A stretch of DNA of 64,000 nt from an uncultured Clostridium sp. (GTDB taxonomy: Bacteria; Bacillota; Clostridia; TANB77; CAG-508): the NCBI GenBank assembly GCA_902462295.1, contig CABQAZ010000002.1, forward strand, positions 66,151 to 130,150, read 5' to 3'. The translations under genes were made by a program, and so were the position numbers. The first letter of the stretch is position 1. Every line of letters begins with the position of its first letter. Below the pieces are notes generated by a model. The model ran no database searches and was not told the origin of the DNA. It was given only the letters and a program-made list of their open reading frames with translations. Positions 31,761 to 42,384 of the stretch are shown piece after piece.

Positions 31761-32213
31761 TTACATTTTTAATATTTTTTTCATATTTTCTACATTTGTG
31801 TCTCCTATTTTTTCTGATATTGCTATATCATATTTTATAAATACATCCATAATTTCTTGATGGTCATTTTTTCTATTAATTTCATATTGAATCCATCTTT
31901 TTTCGTTTCTTTCCCAACGTTTGTCATTTTCTTCCCAACGTCTTTCATTCTCTTCCCAACGTTTTTCATTTTCTTCCCAACGTTTTTCATTTTCTTCCCA
32001 ACGTTTTTCATTTTGCTCCCAACGTTTATCATTTTCTTCCCATTTTTTCTTATTTTCATCCCAACGCCTTAAATTTTCTTGCCAATGCTCATTTTCAATT
32101 TCTCTACTCTTTTTTATTTCTGCCCTTAACTCATTAAATTCTGCTACAGTTTGCACTTGAAAATTATTTAATGTTTGCAATATTTGTATTAACATTTCAT
32201 TAGTATCTACCAT
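31761..32213 (-). CDS. Hypothetical protein with a central (RWEENEKx)n tandem repeat, predicted coiled-coil
   Basis: 150 aa. About 7 in-frame 24-bp DNA repeats between about 31905 and 32070. Confidence 0.5.
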   Translation of the reverse strand: MVDTNEMLIQILQTLNNFQVQTVAEFNELRAEIKKSREIENEHWQENLRRWDENKKKWEENDKRWEQNEKRWEENEKRWEENEKRWEENERRWEENDKRWERNEKRWIQYEINRKNDHQEIMDVFIKYDIAISEKIGDTNVENMKKILKM

Positions 32214-32426
32214 ATAATTAACCTCCTTGAATTTTTATTGATTTAATAATCTAAAAGATTTAAATTGTTTTCTATGTATGAATTAAATTCTCTTTTGAAA
32301 TAATAAAAAGTACACCTTAGAATATATGCTATACAAAAATAGAAGCATATATTAATAATATGCCTCTATTATATATTCTCATTTTGCTATTGTCAAGAAC
32401 TTTTTGTCACAAATCCGACATTCATT

Positions 32427-35400
32427 TTATTTAACTACTTCAACATCAAGCATTAATTTTTCTCCATTGATACTAACTTCTGTATAAGTTTCTCTTTGGG
32501 CATTATACACTACATTTTCTGTTAATGTTTCTTTTTTTATTTCTGTTTCAAACTTCTTTACAAGTTCTTCTAACATTTCATTTTCAGATACATATAGATT
32601 TATTTTATCTAAAACTTCAAATTCTTTATCTTTTCTCATATTTTGAACTTTTGATAAAATCTCTCTTACATATCCTTCTTCTTTTAATTCTGGAGTTATT
32701 GTTGTATCTAGGACTACACCTATTTCTCCTTCACCGGCAAATGCAAATCCTTCTTTTCCTTGCATTGTAACAAGTAAATTTTCAGAAGTTAATTCTATTT
32801 GCGTTCCATCAATATCTATATATTCTACTCCACCATTTTTTACTTTGTTAGCTAAATCCATTTGATTTAATTTTGAAATTTCTTCTCTTATTTTTGGTAT
32901 TAATTTTCCATATTCTTTTCCTAATACCGGTAAATTTGGTTTTATTTCAAAATGAACATATTCATTCATGTTTGCACCTAAATCTACTTCTTTTACATTT
33001 AATTCTTCTTTTACTATATTTCCATAGTATTCAGGTAAAGTATCTACAGATATTAATATTTGGGAAAGTGGTTGTCTATTCTTAATATTTGCTGAATTTC
33101 TTGCACTTCTTCCTAATTTTACTAATGAATAAGCTAAATCCATCTCATTTTCAAGTTTTTTATCTATAGTTTTTTCATCAACTTCTGGCCATAAGCATAA
33201 ATGAACACTTTCTGGTGCTTTTTCATCTAATCCTACAACAAGGTTCTGATAAATTTCATCTGTCATAAATGGTACAAATGGTGCTGATATTTTTATTAAG
33301 TTTACTAATACTTTATATAATGTTGTATATGCTCCTATCTTATCATCTGTTAATTCTTCTCCCCAGAATCTCTCTCTGTTTGTACGAACATACCAGTTTG
33401 AAAGTTCATCTGTAAAGTCTTCTATTTGTAAAGCTGCACTTGTTATATCATATTTGTCTAATTTTTCTGCAACTTCTTTTATTAAAGTATTTAATTTTGA
33501 TAATATCCATTTATCCATTATATTTTCTGATTTGAAATCAGCATATTTATTTGGATTGAATTTATCTATTTCTGCATATAGAACATAAAATGAGTATACA
33601 TTCCACAATGTACTTAAAAATCCTCTTTGTGTTTCTTGTACATTGTTTAATCCTAATCTTGTAGGAAGCCATGGTGCTGAGCATGTGTAGAAATGCCATC
33701 TTGTTGCATCTGCCCCAACTGAATCTAGTAATACCATTGGGTCTACACCGTTCTTCTTTGATTTAGACATCTTTTGTCCTTTTTCATCTAATACATGACC
33801 TAATACTATACAATTTTCATATGATGGTTTATCAAATAAACATGTTGATACTGCAAGTAATGTATAAAACCATCCTCTTGTTTGATCTATTGCTTCTGAA
33901 ATGAATTGTGCTGGGAAGTGTTTTTCAAATTCTTCTTTATTTTCAAATGGATAATGTAATTGTGCAAATGGCATTGAACCTGAGTCAAACCAACAATCTA
34001 TTACTTCTTTGAATCTTGTCATCTCTTTTCCACATTCTGGGCATTTTAAGTGTACATTGTCTATATATGGTTTGTGTAATTCAATTTCTTCAGGACAATC
34101 GATTGCTTTTTCTTTTAATTCAGCTATTGAACCTATACATTCTTCATGACCACATTCACATTTCCATACTGGTAATGGTGTTCCCCAATACCTATCTCTT
34201 GAAATTCCCCAATCTATTACATTTTCAAGGAATTTTCCAAATCTTCCTGTTCTAATTGTATCTGGATACCAATTTATTTTGTTGTTATTTGCAACTAATT
34301 CGTCTCTTAATTTTGTCATTGCAACAAACCAACTTTCTTTTGGATAGTATAAAAGTGGTGTGTCACATCTCCAACAATGTGGATATGAGTGTAAATGTTT
34401 TTCTTTTGCAAATAGTTTTCCATGTTCTGCAAGCCATTTACAAATGTCTTCATTGCAATCTCTAACAAATTTTCCTGCCCATGGTTCAACTTCTGGTACA
34501 AATTTTCCAGATTTATCTACCAAATTCACAAATGTTATTCCATTTTGTTTTGCAACTAAGCTATCATCTTCACCATAAGCTGGTGCTATGTGTACAATTC
34601 CTGTACCATCTTCTATTGTTACATAATCTCCATGTATTACTTCAAATGCTTTTCCATCTACTTTTGCAAATGGCATTAATTGTTCATATTTTGTTCCTAA
34701 TAATTCTGTTCCTTTGAATTCTTTTACTATTTCATATGGTGTTTCCTTTAATACATTTGTAAGTAAGTCTTTTGCTAATATATAATTTTCATATTTTGGT
34801 TCATCATCTGTTCCAATATTTGCTTTTACTTCAACATATGTATATGCTTTGTTAACACATAATGCTAAGTTTGATGGTAATGTCCATGGTGTTGTTGTCC
34901 ATGCTAATATGTATTTATCTTCACCAACTACTTTGAATTTTGCAATACATGTTAAATCTTTTACATCTTTATATCCTTGTGCAACTTCATGTGATGAAAG
35001 TGCTGTTCCACATCTTGGGCAATATGGCATTACTTTATGTCCTTCATATAATAATCCTTTTTTCCACATTTCTTTTAAAGCCCACCATACTGATTCAATA
35101 TAATCATTGTGATATGTTACATATGGATTTTCCATATCAACCCAGTATCCAACTTTGTTTGTCATCTCTTCCCACATATGTACATATGTAAATACACTTT
35201 CTTTACATTCTTTTACGAATTTTTCTACGCCATATTCTTCAATTTGTTCTTTTCCTGATATTCCAAGTTTTTTCTCAATTTCAAGTTCAACTGGAAGTCC
35301 ATGTGTATCCCATCCAGCTTTTCTATCAACATGATATCCTTTCATTACTTTATATCTTGGGACAATATCTTTCATAACTCTTGTTTCAATGTGTCCAACA

Positions 35401-35564
35401 TGTGGCTTTCCATTGGCTGTTGGTGGTCCATCATAAAATGTGAAATATCTTTTTCCTTTATTCATATCAAAATTTTTCTTTATGATATTTTTTTGTTTCC
35501 ACATTTCTGCTACTTCATTTTCCATTCCTACAAAACCATTTTTTAATTCTACTTTTTTGTACAT
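32427..35564 (-). CDS. ileS: Isoleucyl-tRNA synthetase, long type 2 (eukaryote-like) form
   Basis: 1045 aa. HIGH-type motif (HVGH), KMSKS, no C-terminal zinc finger of type 1. The length matches IleRS2. Confidence 0.85.
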   Translation of the reverse strand: MYKKVELKNGFVGMENEVAEMWKQKNIIKKNFDMNKGKRYFTFYDGPPTANGKPHVGHIETRVMKDIVPRYKVMKGYHVDRKAGWDTHGLPVELEIEKKLGISGKEQIEEYGVEKFVKECKESVFTYVHMWEEMTNKVGYWVDMENPYVTYHNDYIESVWWALKEMWKKGLLYEGHKVMPYCPRCGTALSSHEVAQGYKDVKDLTCIAKFKVVGEDKYILAWTTTPWTLPSNLALCVNKAYTYVEVKANIGTDDEPKYENYILAKDLLTNVLKETPYEIVKEFKGTELLGTKYEQLMPFAKVDGKAFEVIHGDYVTIEDGTGIVHIAPAYGEDDSLVAKQNGITFVNLVDKSGKFVPEVEPWAGKFVRDCNEDICKWLAEHGKLFAKEKHLHSYPHCWRCDTPLLYYPKESWFVAMTKLRDELVANNNKINWYPDTIRTGRFGKFLENVIDWGISRDRYWGTPLPVWKCECGHEECIGSIAELKEKAIDCPEEIELHKPYIDNVHLKCPECGKEMTRFKEVIDCWFDSGSMPFAQLHYPFENKEEFEKHFPAQFISEAIDQTRGWFYTLLAVSTCLFDKPSYENCIVLGHVLDEKGQKMSKSKKNGVDPMVLLDSVGADATRWHFYTCSAPWLPTRLGLNNVQETQRGFLSTLWNVYSFYVLYAEIDKFNPNKYADFKSENIMDKWILSKLNTLIKEVAEKLDKYDITSAALQIEDFTDELSNWYVRTNRERFWGEELTDDKIGAYTTLYKVLVNLIKISAPFVPFMTDEIYQNLVVGLDEKAPESVHLCLWPEVDEKTIDKKLENEMDLAYSLVKLGRSARNSANIKNRQPLSQILISVDTLPEYYGNIVKEELNVKEVDLGANMNEYVHFEIKPNLPVLGKEYGKLIPKIREEISKLNQMDLANKVKNGGVEYIDIDGTQIELTSENLLVTMQGKEGFAFAGEGEIGVVLDTTITPELKEEGYVREILSKVQNMRKDKEFEVLDKINLYVSENEMLEELVKKFETEIKKETLTENVVYNAQRETYTEVSINGEKLMLDVEVVK

Positions 35565-35582
35565 ACAACTTCCTCCTCTTTT

Positions 35583-35840
35583 TTATTTATTAAAATTTGA
35601 TTTTACACTTTTAATATCTTGTAATTCAAATCTATATTTTTGCTTTACATTTGGATATTTGTTATGGTCTACTTCTGATAAAAACATTTTCTTTGGACGT
35701 ATCCATAAACTACAATCTTCATACAATTTTCTGTATATAACCATTTCTTCTTGAGTTTCAGAATCTTTTGCAATTTCTTCAACTAAGTAATAATCTCCTT
35801 TGAAATGTTTGTAAATTCCATTGATTTTTAGTTCTTGCAT
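35583..35840 (-). CDS. DUF1653-family small protein
   Basis: 85 aa with [11 protein letters not shown] motif. RBS AAAGGAGGGATATT. Lies between the T-box leader and ileS. Confidence 0.6.
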   Translation of the reverse strand: MQELKINGIYKHFKGDYYLVEEIAKDSETQEEMVIYRKLYEDCSLWIRPKKMFLSEVDHNKYPNVKQKYRFELQDIKSVKSNFNK

Positions 35841-35865
35841 AATATCCCTCCTTTATTATTTTTAA

Positions 35866-36095
35866 CTAGCAAAACAAAAAATCCTAATATGCATTTTGTT
35901 TTGCATATTAGGACGAAATTTATCTTATAATATTAATTCCGCGGTACCACCTATTTTAATATTAAACATTTAATATTCTCTCTTTTATCTTTAACGCAGA
36001 TTTACGTCAAAACTTACTTTTTGTTTGTTCAGTTTTGCAACTAACATAGGTGATAACAAATAATTTTTACTTTCAAACTCACACCAAATGTTTGA
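35866..36095 (-). ncRNA. T-box riboswitch leader (presumably Ile-specific) controlling the DUF1653-ileS transcript
   Basis: Minus-strand T-box sequence AATAGGTGGTACCGCGGAATTA (plus-strand positions 35937-35956), followed by terminator hairpin TCCTAATATGCAaaacaaaaTGCATATTAGGA + U-run (35881-35913). Extent of the 5' end is approximate and the specifier codon was not located. Confidence 0.7.
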
Positions 36096-36247
36096 TTCTC
36101 TCTTAAGCTATTATATTATTTGTGTTGTCCTTGTTACTGTTTTTATTGTTACTTATTATATCACTCAAACTTTATATTGTAAAGTTAAATTTCAATTTTT
36201 TTATCAAAAAAAACACGCTAATCTAATAACGTGCTTTTACATATCAA

Positions 36248-36511
36248 CTAGGCTTCTTCCACAGGATAAACACTTACTTGTTTTTTATCTCTACCTTTTC
36301 TTTCAAACTTAACTTTTCCATCTATTAATGCATATAGTGTATCATCACTACCTTTTCCAACATTAACACCTGGATGCATTTTTGTTCCTCTTTGTCTAAC
36401 TAAAATATTTCCAGCTAAAACAAATTGTCCATCTGCCCTTTTGACACCAAGTCTCTTAGATTCACTGTCTCTACCGTTCTTGATACTACCTTGACCCTTT
36501 TTATGTGCCAT
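36248..36511 (-). CDS. rpmA: 50S ribosomal protein L27 (no N-terminal propeptide)
   Basis: [24 protein letters not shown].... Start at the ATG with AAAGGAGTGAGAATA. Confidence 0.9.
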   Translation of the reverse strand: MAHKKGQGSIKNGRDSESKRLGVKRADGQFVLAGNILVRQRGTKMHPGVNVGKGSDDTLYALIDGKVKFERKGRDKKQVSVYPVEEA

Positions 36512-36572
36512 TATTCTCACTCCTTTCGGCATTATTCTAGTTTTTTATTTCTCTTTAAATTATTTTCTTAAA

Positions 36573-36974
36573 TTATTTTGTTTCTGTTTTTTTTGTCTTT
36601 TCAGTTTTTGTTGTTTTTACAGTTTTTTCTGCCTTTTCACTAGCTTCTGCTTTTTTTGTTGTAGCTGTTTTTATTCCTGTAATTTCAACTTTTGTGTATG
36701 GTTGTCTGTGTCCTTGTTTCTTTCTTTCATTTTTCTTAGCTTTCATCTTAAATACTATGATTTTTTTAGCTTTTCCATGAGAAACAACTTTTCCCTCAAC
36801 TTTTACACCTTTAACATAAGGATTTCCAACTTGTACTTTTCCATCATCTGATACTAATACTACTTTATCAAATGCTACTTTTTTTCCTTCTTCTGCATCT
36901 AATTTTTCGAAAAATACTACATCTCCTTCTGCTACTTTGTATTGTTTTCCACAACTTTCAATTACTGCGTACAT
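36573..36974 (-). CDS. rplU: 50S ribosomal protein L21 with Lys/Thr-rich C-terminal extension
   Basis: [25 protein letters not shown]. Confidence 0.9.
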   Translation of the reverse strand: MYAVIESCGKQYKVAEGDVVFFEKLDAEEGKKVAFDKVVLVSDDGKVQVGNPYVKGVKVEGKVVSHGKAKKIIVFKMKAKKNERKKQGHRQPYTKVEITGIKTATTKKAEASEKAEKTVKTTKTEKTKKTETK

Positions 36975-37202
36975 TAAAAATGCACCTCCCTTATTTGTAT
37001 ACTCGCTAATCCTTAAAAAAGGTAGTTATTTATATGTTTATATCTCATATTTCTAACATTTATTTACCTTGACTAAGCGGATTACAGTTACTTATTTTAA
37101 CATATTTGCCAATACTTGTCAAGTTTTTCAACAATTTTTTTCACTCACTGTTTGAATATTATTTTCTTTTAAATTAATATCAATAAATTATTTAAATATA
37201 AT

Positions 37203-37240
37203 CTTTGAATGAAATGACGAATGTGTATGAAAAAATTTTA
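37203..37240. repeat. Copy of module 1 of the short dispersed repeat
   Basis: CTTTGAATGAAATGACGAATGTGTATGAAAAAATTTTA is about 34/38 identical to 8809-8846, and is followed by a hairpin CAAGGCtttcGCCTTG + T-run. Confidence 0.55.
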
Positions 37241-37282
37241 ATCAAATAAACTTCATACAAAAACAAGGCTTTCGCCTTGCTT

Positions 37283-37852
37283 TTATTCTTTTATTGAATT
37301 GTAAAAATTAGCTGTTGTTGCACTTATATATGGTATTACATATATTGAAGCAATTCCAAAAGTAATTCCAACTAACATATACCACCAAAAGAAAGATAAT
37401 TGTAATACAAATAAATCAAATTTATGTCCATCCATTATTTCTTTACTTTTATTTAATACTTCATCTGTAGTCAATTCAGGATTCTCAGTTATTATATATG
37501 GTATCATTGCATAAGAAAATGCTTTTATAATTCCAGGAATAACTAATAGTAATGACCATACAAAAACAAGTATATATCTTGCAATATATGTCCATACAAT
37601 TTTTCCAGTTATTTTAAAACCATTAAAAATGTCTTCTACTTTAATTTCTTCATTTTTAGTAAGTTTTAAATATACCATACATATAGAAACTTCAAATACT
37701 GGTGTTATAATTAATGCACCAACTGTTCCTATTACTGGTACAGACGAACATGCTACTCCAAGTGCTCCAATTATTAACATCATAACAAATAAAATACCAA
37801 TCTTTCCTTTTATTTGCTCTTTAGCTGCAGATTTTAGTTCGACTCTTGTCAT
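37283..37852 (-). CDS. DUF975-family integral membrane protein
   Basis: 189 aa, 4 TM, pattern typical of DUF975. Confidence 0.55.
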   Translation of the reverse strand: MTRVELKSAAKEQIKGKIGILFVMMLIIGALGVACSSVPVIGTVGALIITPVFEVSICMVYLKLTKNEEIKVEDIFNGFKITGKIVWTYIARYILVFVWSLLLVIPGIIKAFSYAMIPYIITENPELTTDEVLNKSKEIMDGHKFDLFVLQLSFFWWYMLVGITFGIASIYVIPYISATTANFYNSIKE

Positions 37853-37926
37853 ATTTTTTCCTCCCCCTTTTATTTTTCATTTAAATTGTATTTCTTTTTT
37901 TCATTTATGTCAAGATTTTTTTCAAA

Positions 37927-39882
37927 CTATATCAATTTTTCTAATTCTTTTATTTTATCTCTAACTTGGGCAGCTTGTTCAAATTCCATTTTACTAGCAT
38001 ATTCTAACATTTCATCTGTTAATTTGTTTATAGTTTCTTTTATATCTTCTTCTTTTTCTAATCTATATTCCACACCAATATTTTCAGTTTGAATTGCTCT
38101 AATCGAATCTCTAATTGTTTTCTTAATTGTTTTTGGAATTATATTATGTTCTTTATTATATGCTTCTTGTATTCCTCTTCTTCTATTTGTTTCTTTTATA
38201 GCTTTTTCCATTGAGTCTGTAAGTTCATCTGCATACATAATAACTGTTCCATCAGTATTTCTTGCAGCACGTCCTATTGTCTGAATTAATGAACGTTCTG
38301 AACGCAAAAATCCCTCTTTATCAGCATCAAGTATTGCTACTAATGAAACTTCTGGTATATCCAGTCCTTCTCTTAATAAATTAATTCCAACCAATACGTC
38401 AAATTCCCCCAAACGTAATTTACGAATTATTTCCATTCTTTCTAATGCTTTAGTATCTGAATGTATATAATTTACTTTTATATCTAAACTCTTTAGATAT
38501 TCAGTTAAGTCTTCTGCCATTTTTTTGGTTAAAGTAGTTACAAGTATTCTTTCTTTTTTTTCTACTCTTATTCTAATTTGTTCTAACAAATCATCTATCT
38601 GATTTGCAACTGGCTTAACTTCTATTTTAGGGTCAAGTAGACCTGTAGGCCTAATAATTTGTTCAACCACATTATTTCCTGCATGTTCTTTTTCATAATC
38701 CGCTGGTGTTGCACTTACAAATACAACTTGATTTATTATCTCTTCAAATTCGTTAAACATAAGTGGTCTATTATCAAATGCTGATGGAAGCCTAAATCCA
38801 TATTTTACAAGTGATTCTTTACGTGCTCTATCCCCATTATACATTGCTTTAACTTGTGGAATTGTTGCATGTGATTCATCTATTAATAATAAGAAATCTT
38901 TTGGAAAATAATCAAATAGTGTAAATGGTGGACTCCCTGCTTCTCTTCCACTCATGTGTCTTGAATAATTTTCTATTCCTTGACAAAATCCTGTTTCTTT
39001 CATCATTTCTATATCAAAATTTGTTCTTTCTTGTATACGTTGTGCTTCTATTAATTTATTTTGACTTTTAAAATATTGTACTCTTTCTTCCATTTCTTGT
39101 TCAATAGTCTTTATCGCTCTTTCCATTTTTTCTTTTGACGTTACATAATGCGAATTTGGAACTATCATTACATGTTGCCTTGTTCCTATTGTTTTTCCTG
39201 TTAATGGATTTATTTCACTTATTTTTTCTATTTCGTCTCCCCAAAATTCTACCCTTATTGCTGATTCTCCTTTATCTGATGGATAAATTTCTACAATATC
39301 TCCCTTTGCTCTAAATGTCCCTCTTTTAAAGTCAATCTCATTTCTTGTATATTGTATATTTACTAATTTTTTTAACATTTTGTCTCTTTCAACTTGCATC
39401 CCTGGACGTAATGATACAATCATATTTTCATAGTCAATTGGATCTCCTAGCCCATATATACATGATACTGATGCTACTATTATTACATCTCTTGTTTCAA
39501 ATAATGAAGCTGTCGCAGAGTGTCTTAATTTATCTATTTCATCATTTATTGATGCATCTTTTTCAATATATGTATCTGATTGTGCAATATAACTTTCTGG
39601 TTGATAATAATCATAATATGAAACAAAATATTCAACATGGTTTTCTGGAAAAAATTCTTTGAATTCGGAATATAGTTGTCCTGCTAGTGTTTTATTATGT
39701 GCTAATACTAATGTTGGCTTCTGTGTTTTTTCTATTATGTTTGCCATTGTAAATGTTTTTCCAGAACCTGTTACTCCTAGAAGTGTCTGATATTTTTCGC
39801 CTTTTTCTATTCCTTTTACTAAATAATCTATTGCCTTAGGTTGGTCGCCTGTTGGCTTGTATTCTGAGTGTAATTTAAACAT
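37927..39882 (-). CDS. uvrB: Excinuclease ABC subunit B
   Basis: 651 aa. Helicase motifs [13 protein letters not shown]-terminal UVR domain. Confidence 0.9.
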   Translation of the reverse strand: MFKLHSEYKPTGDQPKAIDYLVKGIEKGEKYQTLLGVTGSGKTFTMANIIEKTQKPTLVLAHNKTLAGQLYSEFKEFFPENHVEYFVSYYDYYQPESYIAQSDTYIEKDASINDEIDKLRHSATASLFETRDVIIVASVSCIYGLGDPIDYENMIVSLRPGMQVERDKMLKKLVNIQYTRNEIDFKRGTFRAKGDIVEIYPSDKGESAIRVEFWGDEIEKISEINPLTGKTIGTRQHVMIVPNSHYVTSKEKMERAIKTIEQEMEERVQYFKSQNKLIEAQRIQERTNFDIEMMKETGFCQGIENYSRHMSGREAGSPPFTLFDYFPKDFLLLIDESHATIPQVKAMYNGDRARKESLVKYGFRLPSAFDNRPLMFNEFEEIINQVVFVSATPADYEKEHAGNNVVEQIIRPTGLLDPKIEVKPVANQIDDLLEQIRIRVEKKERILVTTLTKKMAEDLTEYLKSLDIKVNYIHSDTKALERMEIIRKLRLGEFDVLVGINLLREGLDIPEVSLVAILDADKEGFLRSERSLIQTIGRAARNTDGTVIMYADELTDSMEKAIKETNRRRGIQEAYNKEHNIIPKTIKKTIRDSIRAIQTENIGVEYRLEKEEDIKETINKLTDEMLEYASKMEFEQAAQVRDKIKELEKLI

Positions 39883-40300
39883 ATTTTCCTCCTTCTTAAT
39901 TGTAATTAAAAATTTGTCCCACTATATAATTAACTACTTTTTATAAAAGTGAAAATCATAGTAATCTTGTCCATAGCCTAAAGTTTTTTTCGAGTATATC
40001 CTAATTATAATGCTTCTACCAATTATTATATCAACTTACAAACTTAATTACTCGTAATTTTTTTCACAAACTCTATATAATTTTTTTCTAAATAAATTCA
40101 AACCTTAAATATCTTTTCCGGATTATACATTGGTCTTTTTAAGGTTTCATTTTTTAACTCATTTAAAACTTAAAACTTTTCTTGCATATTATATTATATT
40201 TTTTCAATAACTTCAACTGTTTTCTCACTATTCTGCAAACGTGTAGGATACAAGACAATAGTTTTGATTAATATTATCAACAAAAACATAAAATATAAAC

Positions 40301-40329
40301 TTTACATTTTATGTTAATTGTGATATAAT
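40301..40329 (+). promoter_or_regulatory. SigmaA promoter with extended -10 for the GC-rich gene. An inverted repeat TTGATtaatattATCAA lies upstream at 40264-40280
   Basis: TTTACA, 17 nt, TGaTATAAT. RBS GGAGA 6 nt before the ATG at 40372. Confidence 0.5.
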
Positions 40330-40371
40330 ATATATGCAGTCACAAAAAATATTCAAAAAAGGAGAATGCTT

Positions 40372-40866
40372 ATGTTCGACATCAAAGGAAAAGCAACAGC
40401 AAATGTTTTCGTGAAAGGGTTTGCACAGGAAGTAGATTATGACAAACTGGTCAGCCCATCAGATTGCCAGGGCGAGTTCGTAGCGATTATCACCGACCTC
40501 GTTACATCAGAACCACTTATGGTAACATCAGCGGTTCTGACAGAGGCTGGAAAGTGGAGCCTCAAATGTACTGATGGTACCGCTTTAGAACTCGAAGCAG
40601 AACCAAAAAAACCTCGTGAAATGGTATATGCAATACCTGTAACCAATTTCAGAGAGTCTGTTTGGGGTAACAGCTACGATGTAGTTTTCCCAGAGGATTA
40701 CGACATCGTCAGCAGAGCAATTTCTGAAGGCAGTAAACAGTCCTATAGACTCATCGGCTATATTGACCGTCAAAAGGTTGTAACAAGCCGTTTTGTGAAA
40801 TTTTGGACTGATGGAACAGGAAAACACCACGGCATAACCAAGAGTGGATCTCATTATGTATTTTAA
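40372..40866 (+). CDS. Hypothetical protein encoded by a GC-outlier gene (about 44 % GC vs about 27 % background); family not recognised
   Basis: 164 aa from the RBS-supported ATG (MFDIKG...). The ORF-track start is 40366. Codon usage is rich in GC-ending codons. Antisense ORFs 40437..40646 and 40585..40854 are a side effect of the GC content. Confidence 0.6.
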   Translation: MFDIKGKATANVFVKGFAQEVDYDKLVSPSDCQGEFVAIITDLVTSEPLMVTSAVLTEAGKWSLKCTDGTALELEAEPKKPREMVYAIPVTNFRESVWGNSYDVVFPEDYDIVSRAISEGSKQSYRLIGYIDRQKVVTSRFVKFWTDGTGKHHGITKSGSHYVF

Positions 40867-40889
40867 TACATAACACTGCTTTTGCCGTC

Positions 40890-40929
40890 TCCCCCCCTAT
40901 TGATGTAAATGCATCATTGGGGGGTTTTC
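40890..40929 (+). terminator. Rho-independent terminator of the GC-rich gene
   Basis: CCCCCCCtattgatgtaaatgcatcattGGGGGG + TTTTCT. Confidence 0.6.
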
Positions 40930-40934
40930 TATAT

Positions 40935-40962
40935 TGACTTGTTATGTCAATTATGCTATAAT
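40935..40962 (+). promoter_or_regulatory. SigmaA promoter for the second islet gene. Its -35 is embedded in the palindrome TTGACttgttatGTCAA
   Basis: TTGACT, 16 nt, TATAAT. Confidence 0.5.
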
Positions 40963-41065
40963 TTTCAATGTTCCTAATAAATCATTAGGATTAATTTAAT
41001 AATCTCCTTATGGAGTTAACATATATAACAAGTAATCAACAATAAATATTTAAGGAGGTATTTGA

Positions 41066-41614
41066 ATGAGTGAAAAAAACAAAGATTTCTATGTGTGGAC
41101 AATTACAAAATATATCAACTCCACTCATAAATGGTGGGGAATTGATATAATGTCCATATACGACAACATCAAAAAAGATTTTCCTAATGCTACAGAAGCA
41201 ATTCAAAAAATGTATCACAAGTTAAGAAAACCCAATTTCTACAAATCTAAACTTTTAGTTTTTGAGCAAGCTGAATACATTTATGAAGCTATTGCAAATT
41301 TAATTCCGCAGTACAATGAACTTCAATATACTATAACAACTAAAGAACAATCACAAAAATATGAAGAATTGAATATGCACTCTTGGAATCGGTTTATAGA
41401 AACTAGCCGTATTGACTTGCTTATGGCTATTTTATTGTTCACAGAAGAATTTATTTTAGAACCTGTACAAAGTGACAATGTAAATCTTACTGACAATCAT
41501 CTTACTGTAATTGGAAACTTTGTTACTCTCGAAGTATCAAGAAAAGAAGATAAAACACATATCTCTATTCTAGTTAGAGATGTTATACTTCTTAAATATG
41601 CGATACTCAATTAA
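41066..41614 (+). CDS. Hypothetical cytoplasmic protein (182 aa), family not recognised
   Basis: RBS AAGGAGGTATTTGA-ATG. Host-like AT-rich composition. Confidence 0.55.
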   Translation: MSEKNKDFYVWTITKYINSTHKWWGIDIMSIYDNIKKDFPNATEAIQKMYHKLRKPNFYKSKLLVFEQAEYIYEAIANLIPQYNELQYTITTKEQSQKYEELNMHSWNRFIETSRIDLLMAILLFTEEFILEPVQSDNVNLTDNHLTVIGNFVTLEVSRKEDKTHISILVRDVILLKYAILN

Positions 41615-41616
41615 CT

Positions 41617-41660
41617 TAAAAGACAATATAGAATATTATTTTCTATATTGCCTTTTTTTA
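41617..41660. terminator. Bidirectional terminator between the islet and coaB
   Basis: aaaaGACAATATAGAAtattattTTCTATATTGCCttttttt. Confidence 0.55.
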
Positions 41661-42383
41661 AAATATTTCTTCTATAATTTTCTCTGCAATATCTTCTTTA
41701 CCAGAAGCAATAGTATAATCATTAAATCCTTTAACAATAAACGCTTTATGGCTACCTTTTCTGATATTTTCTAAATCATTAGCAACTACCAAATTACAAT
41801 TATTTTTATTTTTCAAATTAATTGCAGTATCAATTAATTCCTTTTCACTAACATTATCAAGTAATTTAAATCCCACTAAATATGTACTTGGACTGATATC
41901 TTTTATCATAGATATTATTTTAGGTGTTTTCTTTAATTTAATAATTAAATTCTCTTTATTAGATGAAATTTTATTATCATTCAAATTTTCTTTATTAGAG
42001 CAAATTAAATCAATAACACTTTTATTAGGATTACTGCTTATATTTAAAGCCAGATTTTCTGCAGTTGTAACATAATCAACAGAATAATCTGATACAGCCA
42101 TAGAATGTATAAAATAATCTATTTTATTACTTGTTAATAATCCTTTTACTGATATCTCTAAATCTTTAGTATCTGTAATTTCAATAATTTGAATTTTAGG
42201 ATGTATTGGTTTGAATGAACTTTTTGAGCAAATATAATAAATTTTTTCTATTTGTTCTTCATTTGATTGTATTAATTTATTTGCTATTGTACATCCTAAT
42301 TTTCCAGAACTACTATTTGTTATTTTTCTTACATTATCTATTTTTTCACTGGTTCCTCCTGCTGTTATAATTACTTTTTTCAT
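41658..42383 (-). CDS. coaB: Phosphopantothenate--cysteine ligase (stand-alone CoaB)
   Basis: 241 aa. MKKVIITAGGTSEKIDNVRKITNSSSGKLG matches the CoaB nucleotide-binding motif. Confidence 0.8.
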   Translation of the reverse strand: MKKVIITAGGTSEKIDNVRKITNSSSGKLGCTIANKLIQSNEEQIEKIYYICSKSSFKPIHPKIQIIEITDTKDLEISVKGLLTSNKIDYFIHSMAVSDYSVDYVTTAENLALNISSNPNKSVIDLICSNKENLNDNKISSNKENLIIKLKKTPKIISMIKDISPSTYLVGFKLLDNVSEKELIDTAINLKNKNNCNLVVANDLENIRKGSHKAFIVKGFNDYTIASGKEDIAEKIIEEIF

Positions 42384-42384
42384 T

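Noticed and set aside
31835-32160. Overlapping ORFs 31835..32059(-), 31857..32072(+), 31921..32160(+)
   Set aside because: They are alternative-frame readings of the 24-bp tandem repeat inside gene 31761..32213.
40437-40854. Minus-strand ORFs 40437..40646 and 40585..40854
   Set aside because: They overlap the GC-rich plus-strand gene, have no RBS, and arise only because higher GC removes stop codons from the antisense frames.
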